DNA of 15,323 nucleotides from a virus. The DNA is taken from UHGV virus genome UHGV-1764124. The stretch is one strand, 5' to 3'. Shown piece by piece: positions 14,448-15,323 of the stretch (position 1 is the first letter of the stretch; each line of letters opens with the position of its first letter). The notes beneath the pieces were generated by a model. The model did no database searches. It had not been told where the DNA came from and worked only from the letters and a program-made list of their open reading frames with translations. The translations under genes were made by a program, and so were the position numbers.

Positions 14448-15275
14448 TTAACCTCTCAAGAAACACGCCACAGCGACATCAAACAGGCTGGAATCCTGTA
14501 TTGCCTGCTCACTTTCCCTGTTCGCTTCATCCAGTACTTCACGCGCGCTGCGCGATTGTGGATTACCATCATCATCCAGCACGGTGATTATCATGTCCGG
14601 ATATTCAAGCAGCGAGTCTTCAGCTATACGCAGATCAATATCTCCTGCCGGATCTGCCATCATTTTTTGTTCTGTCTGTTGCAATATCTTACCGGGATCA
14701 AAAGGAGCTACTTCGTCTGGCGTCCTGACCTCTGCTGTTTTATAGAATGAAACAGCCTGAGCATTAAGTTCACTTTCTGCCTGCTGTCTCCGAGCCAGTT
14801 CTGCTCGAGCTTCAAAAAACTGACCGCCAGGCTCATGCGGTGCCAACGCGTTACGGGAAAATTCCAGGCGTTCTTGTGCCTGCCGGATTCGTTGGTCAAT
14901 ATCCCGAAGTCTGGCCTGTTTATCTGATCGAGCACGAGACAAAGCTTTACCGCTACCGGCTGGATCTTCTGCAAGAATTTGTGCGCGCTGTTCAGTGAGA
15001 TTTTCAATAATTCGTTGGCTATTAGCGATTTCAGACTGGTAAACCTGTCTATCGCCACGCGGCAAAAGCTGCGCGGCCTGTTCTTCAAGCAACCGATTTT
15101 CTATAGCGCGCGCCGTTACTCCATCATCTACAGATGACAGAGCCTCATTAACTGCCTGAGACAGCAGACTCTTGCGTCCAGGAATTTCACTGAAAGATGC
15201 AGACTCAACAATGCTGGCAACGTCTACAGGTCTCCCCTGGCTAACATCAGACATGGCTTTTCGCAGAGCCTGAAC
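14448..15275 (-). CDS. Virion-module protein, 5'-truncated at the adapter junction (at least 275 aa)
   Basis: The reading frame stays open upstream of the first Met (15254) to the adapter at 15276, and that Met has no SD, so the N-terminus is probably missing. Charged, helical, Q/R/E-rich; stop lies 5 nt before the 824-aa gene start. Confidence 0.65.
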   Translation of the reverse strand, partial: VQALRKAMSDVSQGRPVDVASIVESASFSEIPGRKSLLSQAVNEALSSVDDGVTARAIENRLLEEQAAQLLPRGDRQVYQSEIANSQRIIENLTEQRAQILAEDPAGSGKALSRARSDKQARLRDIDQRIRQAQERLEFSRNALAPHEPGGQFFEARAELARRQQAESELNAQAVSFYKTAEVRTPDEVAPFDPGKILQQTEQKMMADPAGDIDLRIAEDSLLEYPDMIITVLDDDGNPQSRSAREVLDEANRESEQAIQDSSLFDVAVACFLRG

Positions 15276-15323
15276 TGTCTCTTATACACATCTCCGAGCC
15301 CACGAGACCGAGGCTGATCTCGT
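15276..15323. other. Synthetic Illumina Nextera adapter read-through (mosaic end complement CTGTCTCTTATACACATCT, CCGAGCCCACGAGAC, 8-nt i7 index CGAGGCTG, ATCTCGT)
   Basis: Exact match to the Nextera read-2 adapter structure as I know it. Not biological sequence. Confidence 0.95.

Larger units (their letters stand above)
50..15275. mobile_element. Fragment of a temperate enterobacterial phage / prophage genome (early recombination-regulation module, integrase, lysis cassette, tailspike, virion proteins)
   Basis: Gene content and order read from the ORF track and sequence: integrase, exonuclease/RecT, holin-endolysin-spanin cassette, tailspike, large virion proteins. Both ends are truncated by the adapters. 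Confidence 0.85.

Noticed and set aside
12956-14750. Plus-strand ORFs of 139-171 aa (12956..13417, 13816..14235, 14235..14750)
   Set aside because: Antisense to the two large minus-strand virion genes, with no independent signals.
1-15323. Search for tRNA, rRNA and CRISPR arrays
   Set aside because: No T-loop/acceptor-like tRNA end (GGTTCGAATCC-type) was seen, no rRNA-like conserved blocks, and no regularly spaced direct repeats; the only recurring short motifs are the palindromes and ATACCGTCAC repeats reported above.

Overview
This 15.3-kb window is a single molecule bounded by Illumina Nextera/Tn5 adapter sequence (1-49 and 15276-15323), so only 50-15275 is biological. The insert is a contiguous piece of a temperate enterobacterial phage or prophage. 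The left half is a plus-strand early operon: a truncated HTH regulator, a terminator, an operator/promoter region, small ORFs, a YqaJ-type exonuclease plus RecT pair, an AlpA-family excisionase/regulator candidate, a possible PerC-like regulator and an MT-A70 adenine methyltransferase. These converge on a minus-strand tyrosine integrase. The right half is minus-strand late genes: two virion proteins, a 1039-aa tailspike, two holin-like proteins, a GH19 endolysin and embedded Rz/Rz1 spanins. One plus-strand small gene sits behind a near-consensus LexA box between the virion genes and the tailspike. No tRNA, rRNA or CRISPR array was found. The most interesting points are the SOS-box-controlled gene, a recurring ATTACC-N5-GGTAAT palindrome that marks both the early promoter and that locus, and a tailspike whose motifs suggest a sialidase-like capsule depolymerase. 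I also flag a candidate attP with ATACCGTCAC repeats and an orphan plus-strand terminator. All family assignments are from reading motifs by eye, with no database search run.
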